From sequence record NC_061443.1: a DNA stretch of 64,000 bases; one strand, 5' to 3'. Under the pieces are notes generated by a model that searched no databases, was not told the DNA's origin, and worked only from the letters and a program-made list of their open reading frames with translations. The position numbers and the translations under genes are program-made. Below, one piece after another: positions 26,721 to 35,678 of this stretch (its first letter is position 1; every line of letters begins with the position of its first letter).

Positions 26721-26965
26721 TGACAACAATCGGAGCATCACTTGGTGCTCGCTTCGCTGCCACATCTTCGGAGCGTTGTTCTGCCCGCAAGAAAGCGCAG
26801 CCTCGTAATAAAACGCTCACGGCCGCAACGACTGCTGATATTCATAAAGCTGTCGAACGCCTGTCTATTAAACTGAATCTCACTCGCTCGAACACAATCG
26901 AACTGGCTATCAAGGAGCTGTGTGCGAAACACGGCATTGCAATAGGCGAACCTGATGGCGTCTGA
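26720..26965 (+). CDS. ribbon-helix-helix (CopG/Arc-like) DNA-binding protein candidate
   Basis: KTLTAATTADIHKAVERLSIKLNLTRSNTIELAIKEL fits the beta-helix-helix pattern. Confidence 0.55.
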   Translation: MTTIGASLGARFAATSSERCSARKKAQPRNKTLTAATTADIHKAVERLSIKLNLTRSNTIELAIKELCAKHGIAIGEPDGV

Positions 26966-27320
26966 CACTATCTACTGCCGATTGTACGGCGTTCAGTACC
27001 GTCTGAGAGTTACAGGCATAGACTTCTCACAATCACCTACTGCGTACACCGTAGAGCCTTGTGACCTGTTGCGTATGATGCCACGTATCATGGTGGGCGT
27101 TGCTTACGACATATATACGCCGTACAACGTACTCAAAGCGGGACGCGCAGACTTCAAAATCAAACTGATTGAGAAGGTGAGCGCAGACGAGTGGCGATAT
27201 TCATTTGTTGATTACGCAGGCAGACCGTTCAGCACTATTCTTAAACGGAGAAAGTATGACCATTGGTTTGATCAAAGTCCTAGGCCTAAAGGACAAGGCC
27301 CCAAAAGGGTTCGACCTTGA
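26955..27320 (+). CDS. hypothetical protein
   Basis: ORF in operon. Confidence 0.65.
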   Translation: MASDTIYCRLYGVQYRLRVTGIDFSQSPTAYTVEPCDLLRMMPRIMVGVAYDIYTPYNVLKAGRADFKIKLIEKVSADEWRYSFVDYAGRPFSTILKRRKYDHWFDQSPRPKGQGPKRVRP

Positions 27321-27888
27321 TATCACGCCAGTCTCACGCGACGACGATTGGTGGTCACTGAGTCCTTTCTATCTTGGACCGTGCCGTAAGCCCGATGGAA
27401 CGATGTTCCTAAACATGGAGAACATGTGGCAGTACAGCAAGGTGTACGAAGAACATCTGGTCAACTCGAACGACCTGTTTCACGGTGAGATATCCCGCGA
27501 GTGGTGGGAGTGGCATTTAAAAGGCAGCACAACTGAACAGGCGCATCGCTATCCAGCGGGGAAGGGTCGAAAGGCCCTGTTCTCGAAATGGGGCGACTTG
27601 CGCCTTTCGTACATTCCCGCACGAAAACAGATCTACGTGCCTGAGTATGCGAAGTTGGTGCTCCATAAGCCGAAGTTCAAACGCTTGTTGAAGGAGTATA
27701 AGAAAGGTGCCAAGATAGTCCTCAGGGATTATGACACTTACGACATTCAGAAAGCCTATCCCGATTCTCGTAGTCCTTGGCTGTCTGCCATTCAAAACGA
27801 GAATGCAAAGTTCGGTCATGCGTTTGTTATTGCATTGGCCTTGATGTTTCACGAACGACCACTATGGTACAATCAATGGGTAATCTAA
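27256..27888 (+). CDS. NADAR-superfamily-like protein (DUF6939-like)
   Basis: GGAG RBS; LSPFY...DG..F..MENMWQYSKVY resembles NADAR SNF...DG....VEHYFQA.KF; also LSYIPARKQIYVPEY, KIVLRDYD, GHA. Confidence 0.5.
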   Translation: MTIGLIKVLGLKDKAPKGFDLDITPVSRDDDWWSLSPFYLGPCRKPDGTMFLNMENMWQYSKVYEEHLVNSNDLFHGEISREWWEWHLKGSTTEQAHRYPAGKGRKALFSKWGDLRLSYIPARKQIYVPEYAKLVLHKPKFKRLLKEYKKGAKIVLRDYDTYDIQKAYPDSRSPWLSAIQNENAKFGHAFVIALALMFHERPLWYNQWVI

Positions 27889-28193
27889 AGTATTTAGCCT
27901 GCATCGAGTTAAACACAAGAGAAGGCAACCTCAGAATGCCTATCTTGCCTCGCTGTGATATGCGTTCTTTTCTTCTCGATAGCCTCACAGGTATCAAGGT
28001 GCCTGTGACGTTCGATACCACAAATATCATCAAGATACACAACCAGACGTGCGGTAGCCTGCAAATGCTGACCGTGGCAGATATGATTCTATGGTCGTCG
28101 TTCGAGCCTGAAAGATTCACGTTATACATTGAACGGATATCTACTGCTATCGAGAACACAAGCGCCCAGCAGGCTGCTGAACTCTGCAAATAA
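27876..28193 (+). CDS. hypothetical protein
   Basis: ORF in operon. Confidence 0.6.
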   Translation: MGNLKYLACIELNTREGNLRMPILPRCDMRSFLLDSLTGIKVPVTFDTTNIIKIHNQTCGSLQMLTVADMILWSSFEPERFTLYIERISTAIENTSAQQAAELCK

Positions 28194-28238
28194 TTGGCTA
28201 AAATAGCCATTCAGTCTGATACGCTCCTGTGTTATACT
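28184..28238 (+). promoter_or_regulatory. early promoter module 4
   Basis: CTGCAAATAATTGGCTAAAATAGC box, TG-T-TATACT at 28233. Confidence 0.8.
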
Positions 28239-28283
28239 ATATGTGAGCGCAGTGCTCATACAACCCACGCTGAGGAGCGTATC

Positions 28284-28733
28284 ATGACCACTCTATCTAT
28301 CGCTGATTTGAAAACCCCTGCTGCTTTCACTACGAACCTGACTTTCGGTCACATGGAAGAACTGCGGGCCAACCTAGAACGCGCCTTGAATCGCCCTGAC
28401 CTTGAGGTCTATGTCGATTGTGATTCTAACTACACAATCGAAGAAGCAAACACTGACGGTCCTGACCAGCTGGTGGGCGACCATGAATGTATTAACGTTC
28501 ACGTTCGTTATGCGGGTATGTCGTTTGATGAATCAACGGCGAAAGGTGTGTGGGATATCCTGATGCAAACTCCACACGAAGATAACAGCATGAGTGAATG
28601 GTCGAACTCATACATCATGTTCGTGGCTGACGAAGACCTCGACGCGCTGGAAGAAGTGACGGTGGAAAACGGAAATCCACGTATGTACGAAACATTCGTT
28701 GATCGCATCAACTACTGGTTACCTAAGCTGTAA
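28284..28733 (+). CDS. acidic early protein
   Basis: GAGGAG RBS before ATG 28284. Confidence 0.8.
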   Translation: MTTLSIADLKTPAAFTTNLTFGHMEELRANLERALNRPDLEVYVDCDSNYTIEEANTDGPDQLVGDHECINVHVRYAGMSFDESTAKGVWDILMQTPHEDNSMSEWSNSYIMFVADEDLDALEEVTVENGNPRMYETFVDRINYWLPKL

Positions 28734-28735
28734 GC

Positions 28736-29157
28736 GATTTGTGAAGGGCATTTGCGAGTGCCCTTTGAAAATCCTAAACCATAAGCTGAGGAGCTTAACA
28801 TGTCATCTTCTACTACTCTGACTTTCATCTTCCCAGAACTCACCACTCTGGAAGTAACCATCGGCAACGGCGTTGTACCTGCGCGCCTTGAGGTTGCAGA
28901 GAATAAAAGCAAAACGTTCAGCGATATTGAAGCGCTGCGCCTGATGCAAGACTCAAACGTTAACGGCGTAATGTCGGGCTTCGACCTGTCGCTATTGAAT
29001 CTGCTTATTGACCGCCACAACAATCGTGAGCACTTTCACTGTCAGGAGTGCGTAATGTCAGGCGCAACATACGCCCCATCGACGGGCTTGTACCTGAGAG
29101 TATCGCACCACCGCTAAGATTTGTGAAGGGCATTCTAACGAGTGCCCTTTGAAAATC
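28736..29157 (+). repeat. duplicated intergenic hairpin cassette GATTTGTGAAGGGCA...GAGTGCCCTTTGAAAATC
   Basis: copies at 28736-28773 and 29118-29157, bracketing gene 28800..29117. Confidence 0.85.
28800..29117 (+). CDS. hypothetical protein
   Basis: GAGGAG RBS. Confidence 0.65.
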   Translation: MSSSTTLTFIFPELTTLEVTIGNGVVPARLEVAENKSKTFSDIEALRLMQDSNVNGVMSGFDLSLLNLLIDRHNNREHFHCQECVMSGATYAPSTGLYLRVSHHR

Positions 29158-29180
29158 AAACCTGTTCTAAGGAGAACAAC

Positions 29181-29534
29181 ATGCCAGTAACTGAACTGCC
29201 TATCGACGCTCGCGCTTTTGACGATCTGAGCAACAACGGTTTCGTGCAAGTAAGCAATGCAGTCTCTATGTGTGTCTGTCGTGGTGACCTTGAATTTCGC
29301 TATCACATTAAAGGTCGTCACATTGACGTTGCATATCGTGACCGCAGCCCGAATGTCTTCGGGATTAGCACCTGTCGCATTCTGATGCCTTCAGAAGTTC
29401 TACGCGAAGATATTGTCGAGGACTTTGAAATCGTATGTGGCGATGCGGTAATTCAGATTGAACGCCAGCGAGATTCGTTCTCGACGTTGCAGCGTATCGC
29501 TGGTGCTATCGAAGCGTGTATGCCTAAGAAGTGA
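29181..29534 (+). CDS. hypothetical protein
   Basis: AAGGAG RBS before ATG 29181. Confidence 0.75.
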   Translation: MPVTELPIDARAFDDLSNNGFVQVSNAVSMCVCRGDLEFRYHIKGRHIDVAYRDRSPNVFGISTCRILMPSEVLREDIVEDFEIVCGDAVIQIERQRDSFSTLQRIAGAIEACMPKK

Positions 29535-29598
29535 TTGTTGCTCGCAGGTTCTTACGAGAGCCTGCTGTCAACATAACCCATAAGCTGAGGAGCTTAAC

Positions 29599-30003
29599 AT
29601 GAAACAATATCCACTGCGCGGCCGAGTATACACTCTGAGAGAAATCGAGAATGACCTCGAATTGCGTGATAGTCCGTTCCTGCGCTTCGTTCCGCAGAAA
29701 GTTCGTCTGGCTGGGGAAAGCGAAGCTGGTATTCAGGTAATCCAGCAGTCACATATCGCCGACCTGTCTGACGTTGAAGGCTGGGCAGACACTGAATGGT
29801 CATACGTGCGCGAGACCGAAGAGTGGATTCCGCTTTTCCGTGCTGTTGATGACGCGGCGATTGAAGCGCTCTGTGTGATCGAGCCTGACGTGTCGCAGTA
29901 TCGTTCTGAAAACAGCATGTTCATTTATCCTAAAGGCACTGTCTGCAAACAGTACGACGGGTACGATGAATCAATTCACGGTGATATGCTGATTCGCCTC
30001 TAA
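29599..30003 (+). CDS. hypothetical protein
   Basis: GAGGAG RBS identical to that of 28800. Confidence 0.75.
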   Translation: MKQYPLRGRVYTLREIENDLELRDSPFLRFVPQKVRLAGESEAGIQVIQQSHIADLSDVEGWADTEWSYVRETEEWIPLFRAVDDAAIEALCVIEPDVSQYRSENSMFIYPKGTVCKQYDGYDESIHGDMLIRL

Positions 30004-30013
30004 TAACTAAACA

Positions 30014-30050
30014 GGGATGCTCACGCAGGTGGGTGTCCCATTTCTCATTT
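30014..30050 (+). terminator. intrinsic terminator
   Basis: GGGATGCTCAC-GCAG-GTGGGTGTCCC-ATTTCT. Confidence 0.6.
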
Positions 30051-30064
30051 AAGGACAATTTCCC

Positions 30065-30574
30065 ATGATACCAGAACTCACCCATATCTTTAACGTAATG
30101 ATGACCAGCCTGAAAGATATTCGCAGCGTTGATCGTCTCCATCTCATTAGCAAGAGCGCTGTACGCTTCCACCTGAAAGGCAAACAGTTCGACGTGCGGG
30201 GACACTTCCCGCTGTTCTCCGTACACGAAGTTGAAAGCCAGTGCTTGTCGTATTCGAAAGCCGCCAAAGAGATTGAAGCTCAACTCAATGGCGACCCTAT
30301 CGAAGAAATCGAAGACCACACCCATGACGTGGCTATGGATGACGTGTTGATTGCACATGTTGACAGCATGGAAGAAGATCGCGTTCGCGCATACAATGAA
30401 GAATGCGGCGGTCCTGATTTAGACCCGATCAACATGCAGCGCACTTGGCTCAAGACGCATTTCCTGCATATCGGGCACAACACACCAGACCTCCTCGAAA
30501 CAGTCCACATGATGGAGGGAACAGAACGCCGCAACGAACTGGCAGAAGCCGTTAAGGGGAAACTATGTTTCTAG
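30065..30574 (+). CDS. hypothetical protein
   Basis: AAGGA RBS. Confidence 0.75.
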   Translation: MIPELTHIFNVMMTSLKDIRSVDRLHLISKSAVRFHLKGKQFDVRGHFPLFSVHEVESQCLSYSKAAKEIEAQLNGDPIEEIEDHTHDVAMDDVLIAHVDSMEEDRVRAYNEECGGPDLDPINMQRTWLKTHFLHIGHNTPDLLETVHMMEGTERRNELAEAVKGKLCF

Positions 30575-30846
30575 CTTGGCTTAAATACTTGCGGAGTAAA
30601 CGCAACAATCAATTCATGATCGAAGTGACAGCGGCAATCGGCAAGTTAGACCAACGTGACCGTGACCTGCTATGTCGAGCATTCAACTTACCTGCAAGCG
30701 ATGACGGGTTGCTTACGTTAAGCAACATGAAGCGCAAGCAACTCGCCGTGCAGTGCAATCAATACTACACCCGTGTGTCGGGTAATAAGTGGAGCGTGTA
30801 CGAAGCGTTTCGCAAAGTCATTCACGTAGTAAGAACAGGAAAATAA
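30565..30846 (+). CDS. hypothetical protein
   Basis: ORF in operon. Confidence 0.7.
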   Translation: MFLAWLKYLRSKRNNQFMIEVTAAIGKLDQRDRDLLCRAFNLPASDDGLLTLSNMKRKQLAVQCNQYYTRVSGNKWSVYEAFRKVIHVVRTGK

Positions 30847-30849
30847 ACC

Positions 30850-31290
30850 ATGAACGAAATAGATATTCTGATCCGTGAGTTCGACCGGGCGTATCTGAAA
30901 GCAGAAGCATCACCTTTCGGTAACGTCGCCTATCACGTACAAGACCAAACAGACGGCCTGAAAAACATTGCACTCTATCTGCGTTTTCGTTCTGGCCCGC
31001 AGGCTCTTTGGCGGCGCCCTTGTTTAGTGCTCGCCACTATTGATGTACGCAACTCAGGTAAAGGTACATTCAGTGAATTGCTTCGCCGCACGAAAGACTT
31101 ATGCCGTGAGCGTGACTGGATTCTTCAAATTGAAAACGTCCTGACCCCTCAATTCAGGAAATTCTTACAGCGTGGTGGCTTCAAGCCATTCGGCATCGAC
31201 AAGGATGTACCGTACGGAAGTCTCTACTGGTTTCATGACGAAACAATCCCGCAGCAATGTGGTATGTATCAAGAGAGGGCACACCCATGA
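30850..31290 (+). CDS. GNAT-fold acetyltransferase-like protein
   Basis: IDVRNSGKGTFSELL resembles acetyl-CoA binding motif A (R/QxxGxG); FRKFLQRGGF resembles the FYxxxGF motif. Confidence 0.55.
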   Translation: MNEIDILIREFDRAYLKAEASPFGNVAYHVQDQTDGLKNIALYLRFRSGPQALWRRPCLVLATIDVRNSGKGTFSELLRRTKDLCRERDWILQIENVLTPQFRKFLQRGGFKPFGIDKDVPYGSLYWFHDETIPQQCGMYQERAHP

Positions 31291-31727
31291 TTAACTGGCC
31301 TGTAGTTCTCTGTGGATTGTTTCCGCTGATTGCTTGCTACATAACAATCCCGTGGTTTCGCGTTGCTGTCAATCGTAGGCTGACATTCAAAGCGTTTGAC
31401 TATGATGCACTGGACGAAATACTGACTGATGGTATGCCTGAGAAACTATCGATCACATGCCTGCAGGCTGTGTACAGAGTCAACACGCCCGCACACTCCC
31501 ATGTTGATATCTACGCACACAAAGACAACGTTGCTGTTGTGCGTATGCTGGTGGACCCTAACTTCCCGATAGCGCGTTGCTTTCATGATGTACTGAACGC
31601 GAACATAAACGCATTCGCCTTGAAGTCACATAGACCTCCTGCACTCATAATCAACCAGTGTATCTATCCTGTAGTTGAATATGAGTATGACGATACGTAC
31701 CTGTTGATTTACGTTAAGCACAAGTAA
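31287..31727 (+). CDS. hypothetical membrane-anchored protein
   Basis: N-terminal hydrophobic segment WPVVLCGLFPLIACYITIPWF. Confidence 0.65.
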   Translation: MINWPVVLCGLFPLIACYITIPWFRVAVNRRLTFKAFDYDALDEILTDGMPEKLSITCLQAVYRVNTPAHSHVDIYAHKDNVAVVRMLVDPNFPIARCFHDVLNANINAFALKSHRPPALIINQCIYPVVEYEYDDTYLLIYVKHK

Positions 31728-31736
31728 GGAAACATC

Positions 31737-32036
31737 ATGGTCACCCAACAACAACTAACCGAGTTCGCTCTGCTGCCAACACTGCATCGTAAAGTTGTAC
31801 TGCGTAGTATGCAGGTTGAAATGTTGGGTGCCTTGCCTGAGCTTACCGACATTGTGCGTGAAATGCTTTATCGTGCGATTGTCGTGGATGTGGCTCAGGC
31901 TGAACTGGCACTCTTAGCCGCCCGTCAAATGTGTGACAACAAAGATGTCCGCAAAGACATTGATGACCTTCTGCAATTTGCTGCGCGTCTGCATGACGTT
32001 GCAACTGATAACTTTATTACTGGAGATTTACTATGA
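31737..32036 (+). CDS. hypothetical protein
   Basis: AAGGA RBS. Confidence 0.75.
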   Translation: MVTQQQLTEFALLPTLHRKVVLRSMQVEMLGALPELTDIVREMLYRAIVVDVAQAELALLAARQMCDNKDVRKDIDDLLQFAARLHDVATDNFITGDLL

Positions 32037-33097
32037 ACAAGACTGTTGGCCTGATGATTGATGAAGACGTAATGAACTGGCTGGACATGCTCATGCCTCA
32101 CGAACTGCGCCGCGTTATCGACGCTCTGAATAACATCGTGTACGCTCGTCGTCAGGAACTTACTGTCGAACGTCTGACCGAAGATGAAGACGTAGGCGCC
32201 CTGTCTCATAAAGAGCTGGAGATCATTCTACGTCACGCTTCCCCTAAGCATGAGTACGACACGTCCGTTCTGTCTAATGAGCAACTGCTCCGCTTGGCTA
32301 TTGACGCGCAATCCATCATCCAGTACACACTGCCGTGTCACTGTTCGCCTATCATGGTCAAACGTGCTTTTGCTAACGGTCTTACGTGCTCCCTGCTGGG
32401 TAGCTTCTCGAATCGTGCTGATATCATCATGGCTGTTCATCATTGGGAGTACGGCCTATCTAACATCTCACTTGATTCTATTACCGATAGCGATGCGCGT
32501 CCTGATGAACAGGGCCTGTACCTGTGCTATGACGAACACAAACAGATTCGCTATGGTCGTCTATTCAAGAATGCAAACGAAGGCTGGACCTTCCATGAAT
32601 CGTATTCGAATGGCGGCTCGACTTCATGGCTCGAAGCTGCGGAAGGTAAAGCACTTGATGACGATGACCTGCCGATCTGCTTGCTGTCTAATTGGGTATT
32701 CGTAGCACCCGACCAGTCTCCGTCAATCATTCGCAAAGAGACAGATATCAAACGTCTGTCTGACACACAACGCATCTTCCTCTACCTGCGTAGCCTGAGT
32801 CCTCACGTTAAGGCTGAAATCGTTACTCACTTCGACGGTGTGCTCGACAATCGCGTATTCACGTCTGTTGATCAGATTGGTCGTCTGACAGAAACTGATT
32901 GGCGCAATGCTGCTATCGCAATCGGTGAAGAAGAACGTGGTCAAGAAGGTAAACACTACTGGGATGATCGCAGTGCTTGGGCCTGTTTCGTCGCTGTGCT
33001 CAACTCTCTGTGTTATGACATGGAAACACGCGACTTCCAACCTCAGTACGAGTATCAGGCTAACGACGACACTATGGAAGAAGATAACAATGGCTAA
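32033..33097 (+). CDS. hypothetical protein with HeH-like module near the N-terminus
   Basis: GGAG RBS; LSHKELEIILRH...LSNEQLLRLAIDAQ. Confidence 0.8.
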   Translation: MNKTVGLMIDEDVMNWLDMLMPHELRRVIDALNNIVYARRQELTVERLTEDEDVGALSHKELEIILRHASPKHEYDTSVLSNEQLLRLAIDAQSIIQYTLPCHCSPIMVKRAFANGLTCSLLGSFSNRADIIMAVHHWEYGLSNISLDSITDSDARPDEQGLYLCYDEHKQIRYGRLFKNANEGWTFHESYSNGGSTSWLEAAEGKALDDDDLPICLLSNWVFVAPDQSPSIIRKETDIKRLSDTQRIFLYLRSLSPHVKAEIVTHFDGVLDNRVFTSVDQIGRLTETDWRNAAIAIGEEERGQEGKHYWDDRSAWACFVAVLNSLCYDMETRDFQPQYEYQANDDTMEEDNNG

Positions 33098-33623
33098 ATC
33101 ACTTGGCGTATACATGACTTACATTCTGCGCCACAAGCCGCAGGATATCGGAATTGCAATGGACACTCAAGGCTGGGTGTCTGTTCTGGACTTTTTGCAG
33201 AAAGCGAAGTATGCGAAACAGGTCACGCTCGAAATGCTGATTGCAGAAGTTGAGGCAGACGAGAAAGGCCGCTTCGAGTTCAACTCAAACAAGTCCAAGA
33301 TTCGTTGTGTTCAAGGCCACTCGGTAGAGAACGTCATCCTGAACCTTGAGCCGTTCACAGAACTTGAACCTCTGTATCACGGCACGGCAGAAAAGAACGT
33401 TGCTTCGATCATGCACGAAGGTATCACGAAACGCCGACGCAAACATGTTCACATTAGTCGTGAGCAAGAAACTGCCGAGAACGTTGGGCGCCGTCACGGT
33501 CTGCCTGTTGTGTTCGAGATCGACACATTGGCGATGATCACTCACGGCTACAAGTTCTACCGTGCAGAGAACGGTGTGATCTTAACGGACCACGTACCTT
33601 CCAGATACATCAAGCTGGTGTGA
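33090..33623 (+). CDS. kptA: RNA 2'-phosphotransferase, Tpt1/KptA family
   Basis: YILRH, MD..GWV, KGRFE, IRCVQGHS, LYHGT, I..EG....R.HVH, G.KFY.AENGV.L. Confidence 0.92.
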   Translation: MAKSLGVYMTYILRHKPQDIGIAMDTQGWVSVLDFLQKAKYAKQVTLEMLIAEVEADEKGRFEFNSNKSKIRCVQGHSVENVILNLEPFTELEPLYHGTAEKNVASIMHEGITKRRRKHVHISREQETAENVGRRHGLPVVFEIDTLAMITHGYKFYRAENGVILTDHVPSRYIKLV

Positions 33624-33624
33624 T

Positions 33625-34026
33625 ATGGAAAAGACGTACATGACACATTGGGGATCGCGCTATGTGCGGTCCTCTTCCGGAAAGTGGTATTCAGTTCATG
33701 GGCGTGATGGTACTTGGGTAACGAATCGTTATGGTACGCAGTTCTATCGTAGCGGCTCTGAGGTATGGAGGGACATAACTCTTGCCGACCGTCAGTCGTT
33801 GGAACGTGAGTTAATCAAACGCACCAGTGAAGACTACACCGAGCAAAAGCGTAGGTACGAATACTGGGGACGATTGGTGAGAGCGATTGCTCGCTGTTCA
33901 GAAGAGGAGAAGAATGAGCATACGGCAGAACTTGCCGAGATGATCGAAGCGCTTAGACAGCAATTCTATGGACAGAAAGTGCAGCAATTAAGCACAACAT
34001 TGGACGAAATAGCCGTTAAATCATAA
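33625..34026 (+). CDS. hypothetical protein
   Basis: ORF in operon. Confidence 0.7.
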   Translation: MEKTYMTHWGSRYVRSSSGKWYSVHGRDGTWVTNRYGTQFYRSGSEVWRDITLADRQSLERELIKRTSEDYTEQKRRYEYWGRLVRAIARCSEEEKNEHTAELAEMIEALRQQFYGQKVQQLSTTLDEIAVKS

Positions 34027-34044
34027 GCTCGTTCGTGCTATAAT
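33990..34044 (+). promoter_or_regulatory. early promoter module 5
   Basis: AAGCACAACATTGGACGAAATAGC box, TG-C-TATAAT at 34039. Confidence 0.75.
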
Positions 34045-34093
34045 AGAGATGAACGCTAGACAGTCGTTTAGCTACTTACATGAGGATATGTAT

Positions 34094-35671
34094 ATGAAAA
34101 AGATTAAACACACTTTCCGTCTGACCGACTTGGTACACATCGCCAAACTTCCTGCAGGTATGTCCAAATTCCATGAAGGTTCGGATGCGATTGTTGTCGG
34201 CCGCAACGAAGATAGTGACCAGTATACCCTGCATGTTAAACATGTCGGTGAGCTTTCTTGGTATGAAGGTAAATCGTTGACGTTGATCAGCCATAACAAT
34301 GGCGAACTGCTTGACCAGTGGGAAGCGGGCGACTACGGCCGTGACAAGAAAAAGAAACGCAAGATCCCAAAAGAGCTGCGTAACTTCACGGCTATCCTGC
34401 CTGTTACCTGCAACGCCGATTGTTCGTTCTGCCCTGAGAAAGAAATGGAGCAGAAAGCCACTCAACAAGAGTGGCAAGACAATCTGATCTACAGCATCAA
34501 ACGTATGACGCTGAAAACCCGATTCGACCACATATCAATCTCAGGTGGCGAGCCTTCGTTGCGTTCGAAGTTCTTGTTCGAGACTATCGACCGCATTCAG
34601 AAAGAAACGCCAATCAAGAAAGTCGGCCTGACTTCTAACGGCTTCTTCCTTGAAAAGCAAAACAGCACGTTCGACTTCTTAGATCGCAACACTACGCCTG
34701 AGATGACTAGCAAGCTGTCGCATCTGAATATCAGTATGCACTCGTTTATGCGTGAACGTGCGAACAAGATCATGGGCGTGAACTACAAACAGACGCTGGA
34801 AGATTTGGTTCGTTTCCGTCGCCAGCTGGGTCGTGATGTTAGCTTTCACATCAATTTTGTGATCAACGACAAGACTGGCTCTATTACGGAAGAGTTCAAA
34901 ATGGCCGCTAACTTCATGCGAGCCAATCCGTTTATCGACGTTGTGTTCCGTGTTGACTACAACGATGTTGAACTGTCGAAAGCGTTGCGTGAATACGCTA
35001 TGGAATATGAAGCGTGGCAGGAAGCAAGCCGTATCGCAATCGCAACTCGCAAGAAATGCAAAGTGAAAGAGCCTAAAGCTCCGCACATCGTTCAGAAGTT
35101 TGACCGCTACTTCGGTGGCCAGAACCTTGCAGATGTTGAAAGCGCTTGGACTACAGGCTGCCCGTCATGTTTCACCCATGCGTCGAACCCTGTCAATAAC
35201 AGTCGCGCATATTTGAAAGCGTCCTCGTATGAACCGAACGAAGACGAAGAAGAATACACTGAGCTGGTGTATCACATGGACGGCACACTGTACTGGGATT
35301 GGACTCGTAATGACCCAGTGCCTGCGCCGCGTAGCAAGCGTTTTGACTTCGACATGAAAGACGAAGAAGATACGCAGCCTAAGAGCAAGAGCAAGAACAA
35401 AAAGACTGAACAAGATAAGGCGTGGGAACATGGTTCCGTAGCCGAGGCGATTAACGCCAATCGCTGCTCGTTCGGTCCTGCGGCACCTCATCATTGCTCT
35501 TACGATTCTACTGGTACTGCCGTGGCTCCGCAGACAGTCAAGCCGCAGCCTAAGACTGTTAAGGCGAAAACAGTCAAACCTTCTAAGAAAGTGAGCAAAG
35601 GTAAAGTTTCAACCACACCTGGCGGTTCCCCTGGCGTGTGTGGTTACGGTCATAGTCGTTGTGGTTACTAA
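34094..35671 (+). CDS. radical SAM protein with N-terminal extra domain and Cys/Gly-rich C-terminal tail
   Basis: CNADCSFC (CxxxCxxC) at 34409; ISGGEPSL; LTSNG; NISMH; GAGGA RBS favours ATG 34094. Confidence 0.85.
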   Translation: MKKIKHTFRLTDLVHIAKLPAGMSKFHEGSDAIVVGRNEDSDQYTLHVKHVGELSWYEGKSLTLISHNNGELLDQWEAGDYGRDKKKKRKIPKELRNFTAILPVTCNADCSFCPEKEMEQKATQQEWQDNLIYSIKRMTLKTRFDHISISGGEPSLRSKFLFETIDRIQKETPIKKVGLTSNGFFLEKQNSTFDFLDRNTTPEMTSKLSHLNISMHSFMRERANKIMGVNYKQTLEDLVRFRRQLGRDVSFHINFVINDKTGSITEEFKMAANFMRANPFIDVVFRVDYNDVELSKALREYAMEYEAWQEASRIAIATRKKCKVKEPKAPHIVQKFDRYFGGQNLADVESAWTTGCPSCFTHASNPVNNSRAYLKASSYEPNEDEEEYTELVYHMDGTLYWDWTRNDPVPAPRSKRFDFDMKDEEDTQPKSKSKNKKTEQDKAWEHGSVAEAINANRCSFGPAAPHHCSYDSTGTAVAPQTVKPQPKTVKAKTVKPSKKVSKGKVSTTPGGSPGVCGYGHSRCGY

Positions 35672-35678
35672 GAGGAAT

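Noticed and set aside
34094-35671. Viperin-like antiviral radical SAM
   Set aside because: Lacks the N(Y/F)H...CNxxCxFC context of viperins; the motif here is LPVTCNADCSFC
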